A DNA stretch of 64,000 nucleotides, from the sequence record MW812339.1; one strand, written 5' to 3'. The translations under genes and the position numbers were made by a program. Each line of letters starts with the position of its first letter. Positions within the stretch are counted from its first letter, which is position 1. A model generated the notes under the pieces. It had not been told where the DNA came from and ran no database searches. It was given only the letters and a program-made list of their open reading frames with translations. This document shows positions 60,671 to 64,000 of this stretch, piece after piece.

Positions 60671-62959
60671 TTATGGAGTTGGAGTCTGGCTGCCGTTGTC
60701 GCCGCCATCAACGTTACCTGCGTTGCCGCCATCAGTACCGTCAGTGCCGTTGGAAGTGGTAGTGACGTTGTACGCCAGTTTGTCTTCCACGAACTTGGTG
60801 ATACCTTTGATCCAGATCAGACCAGTGATCGGGCAGTGGCAGATGTGCGCGTTACGAGGCTGTACAGCAAGTTCTTTGCTGGTAGCGCCGTTACGCTGGA
60901 TGTTGATGTTGGTAACCATGATTGGAGACCAGAAGTGGTTACCCCAGTTCAAGACGCAGTAAGAACCATCATCGCTAGTAGGAACTTTCAGAACCCACTG
61001 CAGACGACGAGTCCAGCTGCCATCAGCTTCGTTCTTCACACGCCAGCGGTCATCGTTGGTGGTGATAACTTCGTACTCGTAGCGGTCGCCCAGCAGACGC
61101 TGGTCACCCTGAGTCAGCAGCAGCATTGCAGCAGTTGGCTCATCGGTAGCGATAACTACTTTCGGCAGCGCATCCGGGTTAGACGTCAGCAGGCGCAGAG
61201 CCGGCATGAAGCGAGAATCCTGAATAGCACGAGTTACCTGGTCACCGATACGCTGTACCAGACCCTGACGGGCGTTGATGAGCGCATCTTTGGTATCCAG
61301 GGACTGGATCACTTTGTCGACTTCGTAGTCACTTTCGTTATACCACGGAGCAACCCAGTGACGGCCCAGACCACGGATGGCTGGTTTGTCCCACGGAGTG
61401 ATCATGGACGCAGCTGCGTTCTTAACCGCTTCGGTGTAGGACAGAGTCTGAGTGATGGCCAGCATTTCGTTACGGATGTTAACCGCAGAAACGAGGTCGT
61501 CCAGACGTTCGGTGTCGTCATACTCAACGCCAACCGGAGATTTGGTCATGATCGGAGAACCGTACTGCAGTTTGTAGTTCTCTTGTTCCCAAATCGGGTC
61601 GAGCAGCAGGCCCTGAGTACGACGGTTCTCGTTGGTACGAGTACCATCGAAGCGCCAGCCCAGCAGTTCGATTTTCAGGTTGTCGATGATAACTTTACCA
61701 GTACCGGTGGTGATGTCCACAGCAGTACCAGTTGCGTCGTAGATACCTTCGATATCCAGTTTCGCGCCAGAGATATCCACGCGGCCGGAATACTGACCGT
61801 TAGTGAACAGGCTCATGGAGATATTCATGGTGTAGCGAACGGTGTAGTCGTTCTGAGCCAGAGCAGCCAGCGCAGGGATGGCAGCACCTTTCCAGTCCAG
61901 AGACTTGGAGTTCAGCGCGAATACGGTACGACGGAACTGCAGGACCAGCTCACGGCCGTCACCTTCAGGAGGACGCTGGAAGGTAGCGAACTGCATGTCG
62001 CGTACGTTCAGCTTAACCAGTGCACCGTCTTTTGCATCTTCGGTCGGTTTACGAACGGAGAGCAGCAGGCTGCCCAGAGCAGCACCTGGTGCGATTTCGT
62101 CGGTTTCGTCGTAACCTTCCTGCACGATGCCCGGATGAGCAGACAGCTGGAACAGGTTCAGACGCTCTTCGGCGAAGGTCAGGTAGTTGGTTGGGTACGC
62201 AGGAACGCGGCCCAGCTGAACAGTTTCGTTCTCGATGATATCTTCACCGATGAAGTATTTGCTGTTCTCGCCAGTTTCCATGACGTAAGGAACGATACGG
62301 ATCGCATCATCCTGCAGCACTTTGTGGTTAGACAGAGCGTTGTGTAGCGGCTGACGGTTGTCAGTCACGACGTCTTTGGTCAGCAGCGCGTTCAGAATAC
62401 CACGAGTTACAGTAGTAACTTTGGTACGAACGGTAATACCAACATCGTTGGTGTCAACGGTGATGGTTGGGAACAGGGTTTCGGCGAACTTGGACTGAGT
62501 TTCCAGCGCGCGTACGTTCAGAGTCCAGGTCAGACCCAGGTTTTTGTCCAGGTCTTTGTTGGTGTAGTATTCGGTTGCAACCAGCGGAGTTTTACCGTAG
62601 TCAGCAGCCAGAGTAGCAGCACCAGAGATAGCGATCGGCATGAAGCTGTCGTATTTCGGGTTGTTGCTCTCAGTAGCTACACGGGACATGAACTCTTCTT
62701 CATGACCAGCAGCGCCGAGGATCATCGCCGAAGCAACCTGAGCTGCACGGCTCATGGTTTTGCCAGGGAATGCAGCTTCGTAGTGCTGCTGTGCAGCATC
62801 TTTCAGGTTAGAGAAAGCTGTGCCGTTTTTACGAACAGACTCGCCGGCAACCACGGTTTGCCATACGTCGTTTGCGTGAGTACCAGCCTTGGTGGCGGCA
62901 ACCAGCGCATTGCCCTGCTGGACAAGAGTCTCCAGGTTAGCGATTCGGGTATCTTTCAT
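60671..62959 (-). CDS. Major capsid protein, phiKZ-like
   Basis: 762 aa; 'QSKFAETLFPTITVD', 'QLSA.PG..DETD', 'YGSPI', 'NWGNHFWSP', VATE cleavage motif, strongly biased codons, strong terminator. Confidence 0.9.
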   Translation of the reverse strand: MKDTRIANLETLVQQGNALVAATKAGTHANDVWQTVVAGESVRKNGTAFSNLKDAAQQHYEAAFPGKTMSRAAQVASAMILGAAGHEEEFMSRVATESNNPKYDSFMPIAISGAATLAADYGKTPLVATEYYTNKDLDKNLGLTWTLNVRALETQSKFAETLFPTITVDTNDVGITVRTKVTTVTRGILNALLTKDVVTDNRQPLHNALSNHKVLQDDAIRIVPYVMETGENSKYFIGEDIIENETVQLGRVPAYPTNYLTFAEERLNLFQLSAHPGIVQEGYDETDEIAPGAALGSLLLSVRKPTEDAKDGALVKLNVRDMQFATFQRPPEGDGRELVLQFRRTVFALNSKSLDWKGAAIPALAALAQNDYTVRYTMNISMSLFTNGQYSGRVDISGAKLDIEGIYDATGTAVDITTGTGKVIIDNLKIELLGWRFDGTRTNENRRTQGLLLDPIWEQENYKLQYGSPIMTKSPVGVEYDDTERLDDLVSAVNIRNEMLAITQTLSYTEAVKNAAASMITPWDKPAIRGLGRHWVAPWYNESDYEVDKVIQSLDTKDALINARQGLVQRIGDQVTRAIQDSRFMPALRLLTSNPDALPKVVIATDEPTAAMLLLTQGDQRLLGDRYEYEVITTNDDRWRVKNEADGSWTRRLQWVLKVPTSDDGSYCVLNWGNHFWSPIMVTNINIQRNGATSKELAVQPRNAHICHCPITGLIWIKGITKFVEDKLAYNVTTTSNGTDGTDGGNAGNVDGGDNGSQTPTP

Positions 62960-63498
62960 TTCAAGTTTACCTTATTAAGTAAATGACATGCGTATAACTG
63001 CGTCAGCACTTCATGGGCAGCAAACTGCGTAGACGTGCTGAACGAATCATCCACGACGCGAGTCTTGGTACGCATATATTTAAAAAGTTCTGCGCAGAAC
63101 ATCTTTTGTGCCGCGTGGTCCTCACTCAGAGTGAAACCCGGCTGTTCCGGTTTCGCTTCCGCAAATGATGCCACTGTGACATCGCCACGTTGTGAAAACA
63201 CCCAACGTAGACGACCGTCGAATGATTCCCCATATAAATCAGCGAGAGAATCCTTCGTACCACTTTCAACCAGGTTTAGCACCTGATCATAATATTTAGC
63301 TGGAAGCACTGGCGGTGCCATGAACGCTTTGTAAATGGCCAGCGGGTTGTCTTCCGGCAGAATGATGGAACTGAATCCTGGTGAGCAGTCATATAACCAG
63401 TTGAAGAAGCTTGCCTGGAGCGTTTCCAACTTTTTAACGCCAGCTGCTTTATCTATGTTAGATTGAACTTCCCACGGTGGACTAAAACGAATCTGCAT
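62956..63498 (-). CDS. Hypothetical (virion-associated) protein upstream of capsid gene
   Basis: Start moved to MQIRFSPPW; stop overlaps capsid ATG. Confidence 0.7.
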   Translation of the reverse strand: MQIRFSPPWEVQSNIDKAAGVKKLETLQASFFNWLYDCSPGFSSIILPEDNPLAIYKAFMAPPVLPAKYYDQVLNLVESGTKDSLADLYGESFDGRLRWVFSQRGDVTVASFAEAKPEQPGFTLSEDHAAQKMFCAELFKYMRTKTRVVDDSFSTSTQFAAHEVLTQLYACHLLNKVNLK

Positions 63499-63512
63499 TT
63501 TAAGGATGCTCC

Positions 63513-64000
63513 ATGAATAGTAAAATGATGTTGATAACAGCCTTGGCCGCGCTCTACACAGAGTCACTGATGACCGACCCTGCGAAGGATCATGAAGTCA
63601 TAAGAAAAGTGCTGTTACAGATCAAGCTCCCTGAATACGCGGAAGACGGCGAAGAGCGCTTTGCGCTTATCGAGATCAAGGACATTATCTCATCTATCAT
63701 AGACGGCGGTATGGAGTACGACCACTTAAGCGTTATGAAACGTTTAAAGCTGGCAACCACTCAGGTACGTCCTCTATACGATACGATTGTCAAATTCCTT
63801 GAGGATGATGTCCCAGAAGAAGCGGACAAGCGTATCGAGCATTTCAACCGACAACTGTCCCAATACTATTTCCAGTTACGCCAATGTATTCAGAGCGTGG
63901 AACTGAAAACAAAGATGGGTCGTGCGTTCGGTGCGTTGAACGGAACAGAAACACGCATTGACTTGAACACCGCGATGTTCGAACTCAAAGATGCGCTGTC
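63513..64000 (+). CDS. Probable DnaB-like replicative helicase, N-terminal part (runs off right edge)
   Basis: Not in ORF track; open frame MNSKMMLITALAALYTESLMTDP...FELKDAL with AAGGA RBS; divergent position two genes from the capsid gene as in phiKZ-like phages; P-loop not in window. Confidence 0.6.
   Translation, partial: MNSKMMLITALAALYTESLMTDPAKDHEVIRKVLLQIKLPEYAEDGEERFALIEIKDIISSIIDGGMEYDHLSVMKRLKLATTQVRPLYDTIVKFLEDDVPEEADKRIEHFNRQLSQYYFQLRQCIQSVELKTKMGRAFGALNGTETRIDLNTAMFELKDAL

Noticed and set aside
60836-62347. 503-aa + strand ORF
   Set aside because: Exactly antisense to the capsid gene; its strong codon bias keeps the mirror frame open; no RBS or protein-like motifs
1-64000. tRNA/rRNA genes, introns, inteins, stop-codon reassignment
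   Set aside because: Intergenic gaps are too short and show no cloverleaf or T-loop signature by eye; core genes are uninterrupted and of expected length in the standard code (tRNAscan not run)

Overview
A 64-kb segment of a phiKZ-like (Chimalliviridae-type) jumbo phage, in the SPN3US/Erwinia jumbo-phage style. The assignment is inferred from protein motifs and gene order, not from a database search. Almost all genes are on the minus strand. The right end is the conserved core: start of a probable DnaB-like helicase (+), major capsid protein, the N-terminal-half beta subunit of the non-virion RNA polymerase, portal (+), baseplate/virion proteins and RuvC. The left end (1-11.3 kb) is a large array of paralogous tail/baseplate-fibre proteins. 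The middle is accessory: a 1018-aa virion-type protein with GH8 (BcsZ-like) catalytic motifs, a QueC-like PP-loop enzyme overlapping a DUF488-like gene, an HslU-like AAA+ ATPase lacking the HslV-activating tail and followed by two apparently dead prohead-protease paralogs, Dam embedded among three tandem-GNAT genes, dTMP kinase, a SLOG protein and two processed-head-protein paralogs. About 17 intrinsic terminators (many with cUUCGg loops) and six copies of an AT-rich early-promoter-like motif partition the region. No tRNA, rRNA, CRISPR array or IS element was seen. Several start codons were moved from the ORF track to the RBS-supported ATG/GTG.
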